Assembly: GCA_036339465.1 (NCBI GenBank)
Contig: JAYZAY010000004.1
Span: 1 to 61,249, forward strand
DNA length: 61,249 nt
From: Myxococcota bacterium
Lineage (GTDB): Bacteria > Myxococcota > XYA12-FULL-58-9 > JABJBS01
Direction: 5' to 3'
Of this stretch, positions 38,430-48,566 are shown in pieces. The position numbers and the translations under genes are program-made. The notes under the pieces were generated by a model. That model was not told where the DNA came from. It ran no database searches and saw only the letters and a list, made by a program, of their open reading frames with translations. Position 1 is the first letter of the stretch; every line of letters begins with the position of its first letter.

Positions 38430-39734
38430 TTAACTCAATTTCGGTGAGTTATTGTCACCCTTGTGGGAGGAGTCTGAGTTGGTTTGTTGTGGCAGGGTTA
38501 TGGTGCTTAGGCTTGAGCGGTAGAGGTAAACTCCAAGGACGAAAATGAAACCACTGAAGAGAAGAGTGACACCGGGATTGAGTTCTAGACGGTTTCCGAT
38601 CTCATAGATGAGCCCCGATAGAAACATGGCGACGAAGGAGAGTACATTGTTGAAGGCGAGCACCTTTCCCCGACTGCCTGCGGCGGGGAGATGTTGCAGA
38701 AAGGTTTGAAAGGGCACGAAGAAGAGAGCTCCGGTGAACCCCAAGGCGAGCATGCAAGAGAATGAAATCCAATATGCTGAATGGTCTGGAACGAATGTGC
38801 AGATTAAGACAAAGATTCCCTCAATGGTCACCGCCCCTCCGATGCCCACACTGATCATGATATTGGGACGAAGGTATTTGGAAACACCGGGGACGAGTAA
38901 GCAGCCGATGACGATGCTTAGGGTCAGGCCTATAAGCAGAAGGGATAGTCGCCATGTTTCTCCCTGTGGAATATTGAGGTAGCTTGGTGCGCCCATTCCG
39001 GTGATTGCGAGAACCATGACAGATGCGTTAAACCATCCTAGGGCATAGAGTGTGACGATTCTCAAAATTCTCGGATCGCGATTCATTTCCCGGTAAGCTT
39101 CTGATAGTCCTTGGAATGGATTTAGATGCACAGTTGTTTCCGGGGCCAATGGGGGCAATTTTTTAATTTGGAGAGAACCTAGCGTGCCTATAATGGCAAA
39201 GGTGAAGCATACGATGCCCATCATCCAAGGTTTGGTACTCCAAATATCAAATGATGGTCCGGCGGTGGCCTGCCCTAAAAGGATGGCTGCGAAGCTCAAG
39301 GTTGCGATAATACTATTGGTCTCTAGTAATTGATTTGCGGGTACAAGTTCGGGGAGAATTGCATATTTTGGCGGGCTGTTGATGGTGGATTGAAGCCCCA
39401 ATATAAAGAGTGTGGTTAACATCAAAACCCAGGACTCAAGGTAGAGTGCGTAAGCCGCGAGAATGGTGATAAAGATTTCGGCGATTTTCATCTTTACCAC
39501 GATGTTTTGTTTACTCCGTTGCTCACTGAGTTGGCCTGCGTAACCGCTGCACAGGATGAAAGGGATGGTGAAAACCATCATGGCCACGCCCTGGCGGTCT
39601 TCTCCCGGGAAGAGCTTACGCGCTGCGTAGAACATCACGATTTGCTTGAAGAAATTGTCGTTAAAGTTTCCGAAAAATTGGGCAGTGAAGTGGCCCCGTA
39701 GACTTGGATTTTCTAGAATAGTTCTAAGTGTCAC
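38430..39734 (-). CDS. MFS transporter, lysophospholipid transporter LplT/Aas-MFS-like
   Basis: AQFFGNFNDNFFK, PFILCSGYAGQL...SK, K.AEI, GLQST..SP.KYAILPEL; about 12 TM helices. Confidence 0.85.
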   Translation of the reverse strand: MTLRTILENPSLRGHFTAQFFGNFNDNFFKQIVMFYAARKLFPGEDRQGVAMMVFTIPFILCSGYAGQLSEQRSKQNIVVKMKIAEIFITILAAYALYLESWVLMLTTLFILGLQSTINSPPKYAILPELVPANQLLETNSIIATLSFAAILLGQATAGPSFDIWSTKPWMMGIVCFTFAIIGTLGSLQIKKLPPLAPETTVHLNPFQGLSEAYREMNRDPRILRIVTLYALGWFNASVMVLAITGMGAPSYLNIPQGETWRLSLLLIGLTLSIVIGCLLVPGVSKYLRPNIMISVGIGGAVTIEGIFVLICTFVPDHSAYWISFSCMLALGFTGALFFVPFQTFLQHLPAAGSRGKVLAFNNVLSFVAMFLSGLIYEIGNRLELNPGVTLLFSGFIFVLGVYLYRSSLSTITLPQQTNSDSSHKGDNNSPKLS

Positions 39735-40118
39735 GCGTCTCTGCCTTCTGCGCCATAACGTCTTATGGGAGTGGTGAATTTTATACGCAGGAAACGGCTG
39801 AAAAGATAGCTGAAATACTTAAGAGCCTTGGTCTGTCTGTTGAGAAGGCAATAGTGATTGTTTGGAGGTTTCGGGCATTGAGCTTTGGTAGGCGTTGTCT
39901 GCATTGTCGATGACTTTGAACCCATATCAGGTTCCTGCTTTTCATGGTTTTTCTTATGACCTGATTTGGGTAAGGCGACGCTTACTCGTGGGGTTGGAGC
40001 GTATCCCATGCCGAGCCCTCACCTAAAATATAGGCCGAATGACCGATTGTTGGATCCCTTTGTTTGTGTGCCGTAGTGGTCTGCTCGAATTGACTGAATT
40101 GACCATCACTTTGGCTCG

Positions 40119-41351
40119 TTAGTTGTGCCCGATGCCAAATTTGACGTTATGCTCTCTTTCTATTTCGCGGAGGAACTCTGCTAAGAGCTCATATTCGGAT
40201 TTGTGGTTGTAGAGTTGGCATGAAACCCGAAGAGATCTAGTTGGGGCGATGGGAGTAGCACAGACTAAAACCTCGACATTGTAGTTTTCGTAGAGAATGT
40301 TTTGAAGTTTGTCGAAAACCAAGCCCCCCGACAGTGGTTCTTCATCTATGGGAATTGCAGCCAGGCTTCCCAGCATGGAACTTGGGCAGGGTAAATCGAC
40401 CTCAAGGGCGTCACAGAGAATTCGTTGGGCATGGATGGCAAGATGGTGGTTGTGTTCCATTATTGCACTCATTCCACCTTTTATATTCTGCTCAAACAAT
40501 TCTAAGGCGAAAGGAATGCACAGCTGGGCGGTGGGGTCATAGGTTCCGAGCCAATCAAATTCCAGTCGAAAACGGGAACGTTGCTGAACGGGGGCGTTGG
40601 CACCGTGGCTGATGGACAGTGGCCGAATGCTTTCTTGGTGGCTGGGTTTAACATAGAGAAATGCTGCACCCTTTGGTGTGCAAAGCCATTTGTGGCAATT
40701 TCCGGTGTAATAAGTACAGCCAAGTTCGTTGAGATGAAAAGGGACCATCCCAGGGGCATGAGCGCCATCAATAAGGGTCTCTATGTTTCGGTCGTTGAGT
40801 TCTTTGATAATTTCCTCGATAGGGAGAATCAATCCCGATGCACTTGTAACATGGTCTAGCATCACCAAGCGGGTTTGGGGCGTTATGGCGGCGAGGACAG
40901 TCTCGGTGGCGATGCCTGAATGTTCGATGGGAAAGGGGATTTTCGCAGCGATGACTTTTGCGCCACTTTTGTCGGCGATATATCGAGCCGCGTTATTACA
41001 GGAATTGTAGCCGTGGTTCGTGAGAACAATTTCGTCTCCTGCTTTGAATTGAATATTTCGCAAAATTGTATTCACGCCTGCAGTGGCATTGGGAATCAAT
41101 GCGATATCCCCGTCATCCACACCAATGAATTCCCCTAATTTTCGTCGGGCATGGTCGTGTTGATGTAGAAAATTTCGTTGGTAGAATTTTGCGGGTTGGC
41201 TTTCAATTTCTTGTCGCAGTTGTTGCTGATATTCTAAAATCGCGCGCGGTGTTGCGCCATAGGAACCGTGGTTTAAGAATACGTATTCAGGATTCAGGTC
41301 CCACCAAGATTTCCAAGGGGATTCTCTGGTTGAAGAGAGTATCACAGCCAT
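40119..41351 (-). CDS. Class V PLP enzyme, isopenicillin-N epimerase / EgtE / cysteine desulfhydrase-like
   Basis: FLNHGSYGATP, NATAGVN, DHVTS.SG, IDGAHAPG, YYTGNCHKWLCTPKG, WLGTYDP. Confidence 0.9.
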   Translation of the reverse strand: MAVILSSTRESPWKSWWDLNPEYVFLNHGSYGATPRAILEYQQQLRQEIESQPAKFYQRNFLHQHDHARRKLGEFIGVDDGDIALIPNATAGVNTILRNIQFKAGDEIVLTNHGYNSCNNAARYIADKSGAKVIAAKIPFPIEHSGIATETVLAAITPQTRLVMLDHVTSASGLILPIEEIIKELNDRNIETLIDGAHAPGMVPFHLNELGCTYYTGNCHKWLCTPKGAAFLYVKPSHQESIRPLSISHGANAPVQQRSRFRLEFDWLGTYDPTAQLCIPFALELFEQNIKGGMSAIMEHNHHLAIHAQRILCDALEVDLPCPSSMLGSLAAIPIDEEPLSGGLVFDKLQNILYENYNVEVLVCATPIAPTRSLRVSCQLYNHKSEYELLAEFLREIEREHNVKFGIGHN

Positions 41352-41515
41352 CCTTTGGTTGCCCACTCATGAGCCTTAATCGAGCTTGAGGCAGGATTCA
41401 AGATTTCAGGATATTTAGTTGTAGGGGGGGGGCTCTTAGGGTTTGTTAAGGATTCAATGCTTGATTAGATTTTTGTAAACGATGAGAATGGTTTTGAATC
41501 AGTGTTCTCAGGCCA

Positions 41516-41926
41516 TCAAAATTTTATGCAAGTGCTACCTGGGGCGCATTCTTGATTGGAGTCCCAATCGGAATTTGTTTCACACTGAAAACCATCATCG
41601 AGGCTGTAATAACAGTGAATCGAAAATACACAGTCAGCATTGAAATCACCATGTTGGGTGCAATGGTTCAAGACCTTGTATATTGCAGTAGCTGCAGGTG
41701 GGATGGGAGCGAGTGCTGACGGATTCTTCGAAGGGGAAAAGCCAGTATGGGTATCGGTATCAGTTTTTGTTGCCGTTCCTGTTGCCGTTGCTGCATTGTC
41801 GGTGTTTTGGGTGGTGCTTATGATTTCTGTCTTTGTGTTGGCGGACCTGGGGTTTTGGGTCTTGTTGTTGTCGCTTCCGCAAACGATGTTGCCGACTAGA
41901 AGTGAAGAAATGAAGAGAGCTGTCAT
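41516..41926 (-). CDS. Small hypothetical secreted Thr-rich, Cys-rich protein (possibly a remnant)
   Basis: RBS AGGA; hydrophobic N-terminus ending in C; Thr-rich linker; six Cys in the C-terminal part. Confidence 0.4.
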   Translation of the reverse strand: MTALFISSLLVGNIVCGSDNNKTQNPRSANTKTEIISTTQNTDNAATATGTATKTDTDTHTGFSPSKNPSALAPIPPAATAIYKVLNHCTQHGDFNADCVFSIHCYYSLDDGFQCETNSDWDSNQECAPGSTCIKF

Positions 41927-42718
41927 TATTGTTTTCCTGCGTTGGAATGAACCTATTGCCAAAGGTACGGGGCTGTATTGGTCTGTTTTCCAGAGGAAAT
42001 CGCCGGTGCCCATCTTCCAGTGCCTGCTGTCACGGGCAAATTGAATTGTTTTCCTGTGTCTTAGGGCGGCGTTATAAACGAATTTATCACCATGTCCTAA
42101 TGTAGGACTACCGAATTTCAGTAATGGGTCGTAATGCTCAACCCTGTTTTCCGAAAAGAGTTCGGTTGTTTTGTAGATATTGGTGCATTGAATGGATGAA
42201 TCGTCGGCTGTGAGTGCGATTTTGAAGATCTAACGGTCGGCTACATATTGAGCATTGGCACTCACTTGCGGAGCGGCTGTGGTGGCTTGGGCTGTGCGCA
42301 TTGGGCTTTCATTTTATTGAGGGGTCTATAGGTTGTCTGTAGCCGGGAGTACTCCAATAACGATTCTACTCTCAGATAGATGGTCGGGATTGAGGGACTT
42401 TTAGTTATGAAGCGGGGTGTGATTACCCTAAGAGAGGAGAATTACCCTGAATTACTGGTTCATAGGATTGAGTGGGCGTGTTAAAAGGGGAGAGCGGCGC
42501 TCATTTAATCGGTTCAGTGGATTGCGTTTCTTGCTGCTATTGTCGGATTACTTTTAATGAGTTTGGCCAGTTTGGGTTAAATTTGTCTTGTGGTTGTTCG
42601 AAGATGGGATGAGTTATAAGGCATATACCCGCGAAGAAAGATTTTGCGGTTGGAACGATGGTAAGTGGACCAGACATACTTTCACCTTGACAGGAGTCCG
42701 CGCGCTCTAGGATTGACC

Positions 42719-44338
42719 ATGATGACGCTGATATCGCTCAAGAGATTGTTTGTGGCACCTGTTTTTGATGAGACTTTCTCTTCTACACAATTGCTTTCTT
42801 TAGCGAACTTACGTTCTTGGTGTTTGCTGGCATTCGTTGTTTTGGATTTTTTTATTTACGGTATGCTCACAGGCAGCGACTCCATTCGGCAAGATGCTCT
42901 TTTATTTTTTGCACTCGTGAATATCGGTATGCTCTCTTTGGATTTGGCGCTGAACCAATTTTGGATTGCCCGCCGTCGTCATTGTTGGATGGGGTTACTT
43001 GGTTTCAGCGTTGTTATCGAGAGTTTTACGGTCATCGTTTGGATTCAGTTGACGGGTAGTCTTTCTAGTTATTTCCTCTTTGTTCCCTATTTGCTTATTT
43101 GTGCTTATCGAATTGTCGGAAATTACCGGCTGTCTCTGCTGTGCACTGTATCCAGTGTGGTTTTTTTCTCATTGGGATTCCTATTCGAAGAACTTGAACT
43201 CCTTAGGAGGGGAGGGCTTTTCGAGGTACCCCTGGGGGGATTCTATACCATCTCGAGTTTTCGTCGAGTGGTTTTCTTTTCGGTTCTGATGACCTATCCG
43301 GCGGTTTTTATGATGGTGAATCTTCATATTCTTCGGATACGTGAGAAGGATGAAGCTTTGGCTAAGGCGAAAAAGAAGTTGGGGGATTTTTTTCAAAGCT
43401 CGCAGTTGGGGAGGTACAGCGGACGAATATTGAATCGAAAATATGAGTTACAAGAATTGCTTGGCCGGGGGGGGATGGGAGAGGTCTACAAAGGCTTGAG
43501 ACTCGTGGATGGTGAGATGGTGGCTATCAAATTGGTACATGGTCAGTGGAGTCATGATTCCCAGGTTTTTGAACGGTTCCAGCGGGAGGCCTTGGTTGCG
43601 ATGCGCCTTCCCGAAGAGTATATTGCTCGGGTTTATGAATTTGAGCATTTGGATGATGGCACGCCCTATATGGCCATGGAATATTTGCCAGGTGAAGATT
43701 TTTCTGGCTATCTAAAACGTCGCGTTTGTGTGCCTGCATCGGAACTTGTTCCATTGGTTTTGCGCTTGGGGAAGATATTGGAGGCGGCTCACAATTTGGG
43801 GGTTATTCATCGAGACTTAAAACCGGGTAATATTTTCTTAACTTCGGACAAGCTCGAGAAAGCGCGTCTTTTGGATTTTGGAGTGTGCCGATTACAGGAT
43901 AATGCAGACTCTCGCGAATTGACACAAACGGCCCAGGTTATTGGTACGCCGGGTTATTGGGCGCCGGAACAAGCCGCAGGAATGAATCACAGTGTAGGAC
44001 CGGCAGCAGACGTGTTTGCATTGGGAGCGTTGTTTTATCGAGCGCTTACGGGAACTCAGGCTTTTCCAATGAGAGCGAAGAGTTCGGCCATGGAAGAGGT
44101 TTTTAATCGATATCCTCCGATGGTAAGCAGTTTGCACCCAGGCCAACCCATGGGTATTGATTGGGTGATGGTGCTGGCCATGGCAAAAAGGGTGGATGAT
44201 AGGTATCAGAGTCCCATGGAATTCGCCCAGGCTTTTGTTATGGCGGTCAATGGTGATTTACCTGAAGAAGAAGTTCTTAGGGCGAAAGCTTTAAACCCCG
44301 TATTCGAAGATGCAGAGACTTCCTTACTGGGGCAGTAG
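42719..44338 (+). CDS. Hanks-type Ser/Thr protein kinase with an N-terminal multi-TM domain
   Basis: About six hydrophobic helices, then LGRGGMGEVY, VAIK, RFQREA, HRDLKPGN, LLDFG, GTPGYWAPEQ, DVFALG. Confidence 0.92.
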   Translation: MMTLISLKRLFVAPVFDETFSSTQLLSLANLRSWCLLAFVVLDFFIYGMLTGSDSIRQDALLFFALVNIGMLSLDLALNQFWIARRRHCWMGLLGFSVVIESFTVIVWIQLTGSLSSYFLFVPYLLICAYRIVGNYRLSLLCTVSSVVFFSLGFLFEELELLRRGGLFEVPLGGFYTISSFRRVVFFSVLMTYPAVFMMVNLHILRIREKDEALAKAKKKLGDFFQSSQLGRYSGRILNRKYELQELLGRGGMGEVYKGLRLVDGEMVAIKLVHGQWSHDSQVFERFQREALVAMRLPEEYIARVYEFEHLDDGTPYMAMEYLPGEDFSGYLKRRVCVPASELVPLVLRLGKILEAAHNLGVIHRDLKPGNIFLTSDKLEKARLLDFGVCRLQDNADSRELTQTAQVIGTPGYWAPEQAAGMNHSVGPAADVFALGALFYRALTGTQAFPMRAKSSAMEEVFNRYPPMVSSLHPGQPMGIDWVMVLAMAKRVDDRYQSPMEFAQAFVMAVNGDLPEEEVLRAKALNPVFEDAETSLLGQ

Positions 44339-44671
44339 TGCTTTTGATTCGAAAACTTTTTGACGCTCTTCCCTCTGAGAATTACGGCCTTTCTGCACCG
44401 AATTGTTTGGTCAGGAGAATGCTTGCATGGACGATTCAGAGGTGGATGACTCTTGGCTTTTGTTTCATGAATAAAGGTTCGCTAAATATTTACGATGGAT
44501 TTTAGACATTCAGGTCGATGAGAGCATGTTTCTTCTATGGACTGACTGCAGCCACCTTCGTGGGTTGCGGTGATAAAGCTGTGACACTGGCGCAGCCCAT
44601 GGGTGGCTGAGGATGGGGTCATCTTTCTTTTGTTTTGAAGAGCTCGGATGTGTGTGGGTGGGGGCTGAATC

Positions 44672-45466
44672 TTATTTTTGGGCAACAACTAAGTAACCGT
44701 TCCCCCAGTCCTTTTGTGAGAATATCTTCTGGACGTAATCGAGGCTCGCAATAAATTTGGGCAATAGGAAGGGGATTTCATAGAGTTTTTGAAAACCGAG
44801 CAATTCGTTTCGGCGGACCCCACTTTGATGGGTTCGTTTCTCGTGACAAGCGCCGTTGTTCTTGTGCATTCGTAAGGAATGTTCGAATTTCTTGTTTCGA
44901 ATGGGTTCAATCATATTGGCTAAGGGAAAGCCGTAATTTTCAATATGGAGCAATTGCATTCCGGCCGATTCAATGGTGCTTATCAATTGTTCTTTCTCAT
45001 ATCGGCGGTAATGCCCAGCGTATTCATCTGTGATCCCCCATTTCTTTTGGTGGGCGGGTACCGAAAGAAGAATGCGACCATTCGGGTTCAAAAGATGGGT
45101 CCATTCCCGGAGGGCGGTAGTGTCGTCTTCGATATGTTCTAGGACTTCAAAGGCGAAAACCCAATCAAACTTTTGGTCACCCAATTCTGATAAGTCTTTA
45201 TGGGGGGAGATTCGGTTTTCTGTGAGGATTTGTGCAAGTTTTCGTGCTTCTTTAGAGTGTTCTACGGCGCTCATTCGATATCCTGCGATATTTAGATCTG
45301 CGAGAAGAGCGCCGGCTCCACAGCCAATTTCCAACAGTTCCTCTTTAGGGTGCATGGTGAATGTGTAAATGAGTTCAAATACCCGTGCTCGTCGCAGTAG
45401 ATACCTGGGGGACGGTAACCAGCCAAGTTCAGGGGCGATAGCGCCAAGTTTAGGATGGATTTTCAT
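44672..45466 (-). CDS. Class I SAM-dependent methyltransferase
   Basis: LLEIGCGAG, FDWVFAFEVLEHIEDD, LLSVPAH, GHYRRY. Confidence 0.9.
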   Translation of the reverse strand: MKIHPKLGAIAPELGWLPSPRYLLRRARVFELIYTFTMHPKEELLEIGCGAGALLADLNIAGYRMSAVEHSKEARKLAQILTENRISPHKDLSELGDQKFDWVFAFEVLEHIEDDTTALREWTHLLNPNGRILLSVPAHQKKWGITDEYAGHYRRYEKEQLISTIESAGMQLLHIENYGFPLANMIEPIRNKKFEHSLRMHKNNGACHEKRTHQSGVRRNELLGFQKLYEIPFLLPKFIASLDYVQKIFSQKDWGNGYLVVAQK

Positions 45467-46398
45467 ATTCGGTGGCTCCGAGTTCGCCAGAAACTAAGCC
45501 CCACTAAAAATACGAGAAGATCTCCCCCAAGTTGGGCGATGCGACTTAAGATTGAGAGCAGGGTGGCATGTTCGATGGAGGTTGTTCCCGAAAGCAGTCC
45601 GATGAAGACAACTTCCCGGACCCCAATTCCCGCTGGAGCGCCAGGGGTGACCATGCCGGCGACCCAGCTTAAGATGATGGCTTGGGTTAATGCGAAGTAG
45701 GGAATATCCAGGTTGAGCCCGATCTTGGCAATGGAAATGACTGAGCTTATCAAAAGAGCGAACATGACGATGGTGTAGCCAATGCCTTTGAAGAAGATTC
45801 CGAACCACGATTTCATACTTTGGGTTTCAAGGTTTGTTTGTCGTAGAAGTAGAAGTGTGCCAGCGCCAACCATGACGGCTGTGACTAGAGCACCGATGAC
45901 TCGAGTAGAAAAGGAGTTCAGGGCGGGAACCGCCTCTAGCAATCCAGTGGGTGGGTGCCACCACCAAGCCAGCGCCATGCATAGGGGAATGATGAGCACG
46001 AGGATGGTTTCGATGACGATGAGTCCGGCTACGCCAGGAACGGATAAACCCAGTTGCCTCGATAACTCAGTGCGTCCAAGGTGGTGAAGGATGTTGCCGG
46101 GAATATATTTTGCGAATTGAGAAATCCAGAGGACAGCCCACAAGGATTTATCTTCGGGGACTTTGAGCACTTTGTGGACAAGCCAACCCCATAGTCTGGC
46201 CGCAGGACCCAAGGAATTTAGGGCAATTAGGAGGGTGGCGGCAACGAGTGAGCTCAATGCTTGTGGTGTCCAGGCTATAGCGGACATTGTCGGCAGGGCT
46301 CGCCACGCTAGGAAGAAAAAAAGGAAGACAGCGGTGATGCTGATGGTCCAGCCTAGGACGTAAATGGTCCCTATGGGTTTTGTTTTTTCGTCTTCCAT
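45463..46398 (-). CDS. Lysylphosphatidylglycerol-synthase TM domain / flippase-like membrane protein (UPF0104)
   Basis: SQFAKYIPG, SWVAG..TPGAPAGIGVRE, SRI motifs; many TM helices; overlaps the downstream ATG. Confidence 0.85.
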   Translation of the reverse strand: MEDEKTKPIGTIYVLGWTISITAVFLFFFLAWRALPTMSAIAWTPQALSSLVAATLLIALNSLGPAARLWGWLVHKVLKVPEDKSLWAVLWISQFAKYIPGNILHHLGRTELSRQLGLSVPGVAGLIVIETILVLIIPLCMALAWWWHPPTGLLEAVPALNSFSTRVIGALVTAVMVGAGTLLLLRQTNLETQSMKSWFGIFFKGIGYTIVMFALLISSVISIAKIGLNLDIPYFALTQAIILSWVAGMVTPGAPAGIGVREVVFIGLLSGTTSIEHATLLSILSRIAQLGGDLLVFLVGLSFWRTRSHRI

Positions 46399-46433
46399 GA
46401 TGTGTCTAATCTTAGCTCGTTTTCTTTGGTAGC

Positions 46434-47231
46434 CTAGCCTTTTTGAGCCACGGCCAGGTAACCATTACCGAGGTCTTGGGAGGAGAATATTTTTTGTCCG
46501 TAGTCGAGAACCGACATTATTTTTGGTAGTAGGAATGGTATTTCATAGACCCTTTCAAAGCCGCTAAGGATTTCTCGGCGGATTCCGCTTTGATGACTTC
46601 GGCTTTCCAGATCGAGGCCCTCGTCTTTTTGCTTTTGCAGGGAGTGCTTAAGCTTTTGGTTACGAATGGGTTCGAGAATATTGGCTAGGGGAAACCCATA
46701 GTTTTCAATATGAACCAACTTCATACCCGCAGACTCAATCAGTGAAATGAATTCATCTTTTTCATAGCGGCGGTAATGCCCCGCCCATTGGTCAGATATC
46801 CCCCACTTCTTTTTATGTGCGGGCACAGAGAGTAAAGCTCTACCACCAGGGACTAGGAATTCGCACCAATTGTTGAGAGCAGCTTGGTCGTTTTCGATGT
46901 GCTCGAGAACTTCGAGGCCCATGATCCAATCAAAAGATTGACTGGTCAGTTGGGAAAAATCTTGGTCAATGGAGACGTTTCCCAAAGTGAGTTCGGTGGC
47001 CATGGCGCGTGCCTCCGATGATTCTTCTACTGCATTTACTTCATAGCCGGCTAGGTTAAGGTCGGCGAGGAGGGCGCCTGATCCGCAGCCGATTTCTAGG
47101 AGTTTTTTCCCACTACTTGAGGAAAGAGATTGGATAAGGTCCAAGACCCGGGCCCTGCGGAGAAGATATCGCGGTGTGGGTAGCCAGCCTAATTCGGGAG
47201 CGATGGCCCCGAGTTGGCGATGCATTTTCAT
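46434..47231 (-). CDS. Class I SAM-dependent methyltransferase (paralog of 44672-45466)
   Basis: LLEIGCGSG, EVLEHIEND, LLSVPAH, GHYRRY. Confidence 0.9.
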   Translation of the reverse strand: MKMHRQLGAIAPELGWLPTPRYLLRRARVLDLIQSLSSSSGKKLLEIGCGSGALLADLNLAGYEVNAVEESSEARAMATELTLGNVSIDQDFSQLTSQSFDWIMGLEVLEHIENDQAALNNWCEFLVPGGRALLSVPAHKKKWGISDQWAGHYRRYEKDEFISLIESAGMKLVHIENYGFPLANILEPIRNQKLKHSLQKQKDEGLDLESRSHQSGIRREILSGFERVYEIPFLLPKIMSVLDYGQKIFSSQDLGNGYLAVAQKG

Positions 47232-47362
47232 TTAGGCAGTCTCCCTTTTTCCGAAAATAGGGATTTGAGTGAGTTCTTCGAGTTTTGTCTTTTCGTCTAC
47301 CATTAAAAGTCGTATAGCCGTAAATCATTCTCCTCGATACATTTTTTGAAAGACAGAAACAT

Positions 47363-48511
47363 ATGCGCGTGGTTTTTTGGGGAACATACGAATCACAATA
47401 CGATCGAAACCGGATTCTTGTCTCTGGACTTAGGGCCGCTGGGGTGGAAGTGGTCGAGATTCATAGCCCCGTTTTGGAAAAGAGTCGTTTTAAAACCGAT
47501 GCCTTAAAGAGTCCTTTTAAGCTAATGAGTCTGGGTTTTCGGTTTATTGTCAGCTATGGTTCGTTGATCATTCGGTATTTGAGAACTTCCAACCATGATA
47601 TCATGTTTGTGGGGTATCTGGGGTATTTGGATATTTTTGTGGCTTGGCCCCTCGCGAAACTAAGGGGAAAGCCCTTGGTCTTTGATGCATTTATTTCTCT
47701 CTACGACACCGTTGTGAATGACCGTAAGATATTTAAACAAAGTTCGCTTCCGGCCTGGTTTTGTCGGTGGTTTGACCGAAGTGCTTGCTTTTTGGCGGAC
47801 CGAGTTCTCCTCGACACCCAATCCCACGCTGACTTTTTTGCGGAAATCTATGATTTGCCACCAGATCATTTTCTACCGGTCTGGGTTGGCGCCGATGTCA
47901 CCTATTACCGGGGTCAGGACAAGAAAGGCCCAAAAATCCCTTCGAATCGTCCTTTACGTATTTTGCACTACAGTAAATTTGCGCCGCTACACGGTATTGA
48001 GTTCATGCTCAGGGCAGCGAAGGAGCTTGAGGGTGATCCGAGTATCGAATTTTGGTTGGTGGGTTCTGGCCAAAGTGAAAGTGATCTTGAGGAGCTGATT
48101 TGTGGTCTGGAGCTAAAGAACCTCCGCCGGTTCGGCTGGCAGGACCCCGACGAATTGGCCCAAATGATTTTCGAGGCGGATATCCTGTTGGGGGTTTTTG
48201 GAACATCGGGAAAAGCGGCTCGGGTTATTCCCAATAAGGTATACCAAAGTATGGCATTGGGAAAACCCATTATAACAGGAGACGGTCCCGGGCCAAGGGA
48301 ACTTTTAGTTCATAAAGAGAATGCTTATCTGTGTCCCATGGGTGATTCAAAGGCCATTGCCGATGCGATCGGTGTCCTCAAGGACGATGAAAAGTTGCGA
48401 CGTAAATTAGGCCTTGGCGCGAGTGACTCATTTTGGAGTATCGCTACGCCCCAGAAAATAGGTGAGTTACTTCGTGATGATTGGGACGAGAATTTTTTCG
48501 CTTTAGCATAG
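47363..48511 (+). CDS. Glycosyltransferase family 4 (GT-B)
   Basis: ISLYDT.V.DR, DRVLLDT, PLHGIE, LGVFGTSGKA.RVIPNKVYQ.MA.GKPIIT. Confidence 0.9.
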   Translation: MRVVFWGTYESQYDRNRILVSGLRAAGVEVVEIHSPVLEKSRFKTDALKSPFKLMSLGFRFIVSYGSLIIRYLRTSNHDIMFVGYLGYLDIFVAWPLAKLRGKPLVFDAFISLYDTVVNDRKIFKQSSLPAWFCRWFDRSACFLADRVLLDTQSHADFFAEIYDLPPDHFLPVWVGADVTYYRGQDKKGPKIPSNRPLRILHYSKFAPLHGIEFMLRAAKELEGDPSIEFWLVGSGQSESDLEELICGLELKNLRRFGWQDPDELAQMIFEADILLGVFGTSGKAARVIPNKVYQSMALGKPIITGDGPGPRELLVHKENAYLCPMGDSKAIADAIGVLKDDEKLRRKLGLGASDSFWSIATPQKIGELLRDDWDENFFALA

Positions 48512-48566
48512 GCTTGTAGATGAAGCGATTGTGGGGCCACCAAAGATGATTCTTTTTCGGGGAAAT

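Noticed and set aside
40119..41351. Beta-lactam or ergothioneine biosynthesis cluster
   Set aside because: The PLP enzyme is isolated, with no pcb/cef or egt genes in the window.
42030..42301. Interrupted minus-strand frame MRTAQATT...*IFKIAL...
   Set aside because: Short, stop-interrupted and without a recognisable motif; cannot be supported as a pseudogene.
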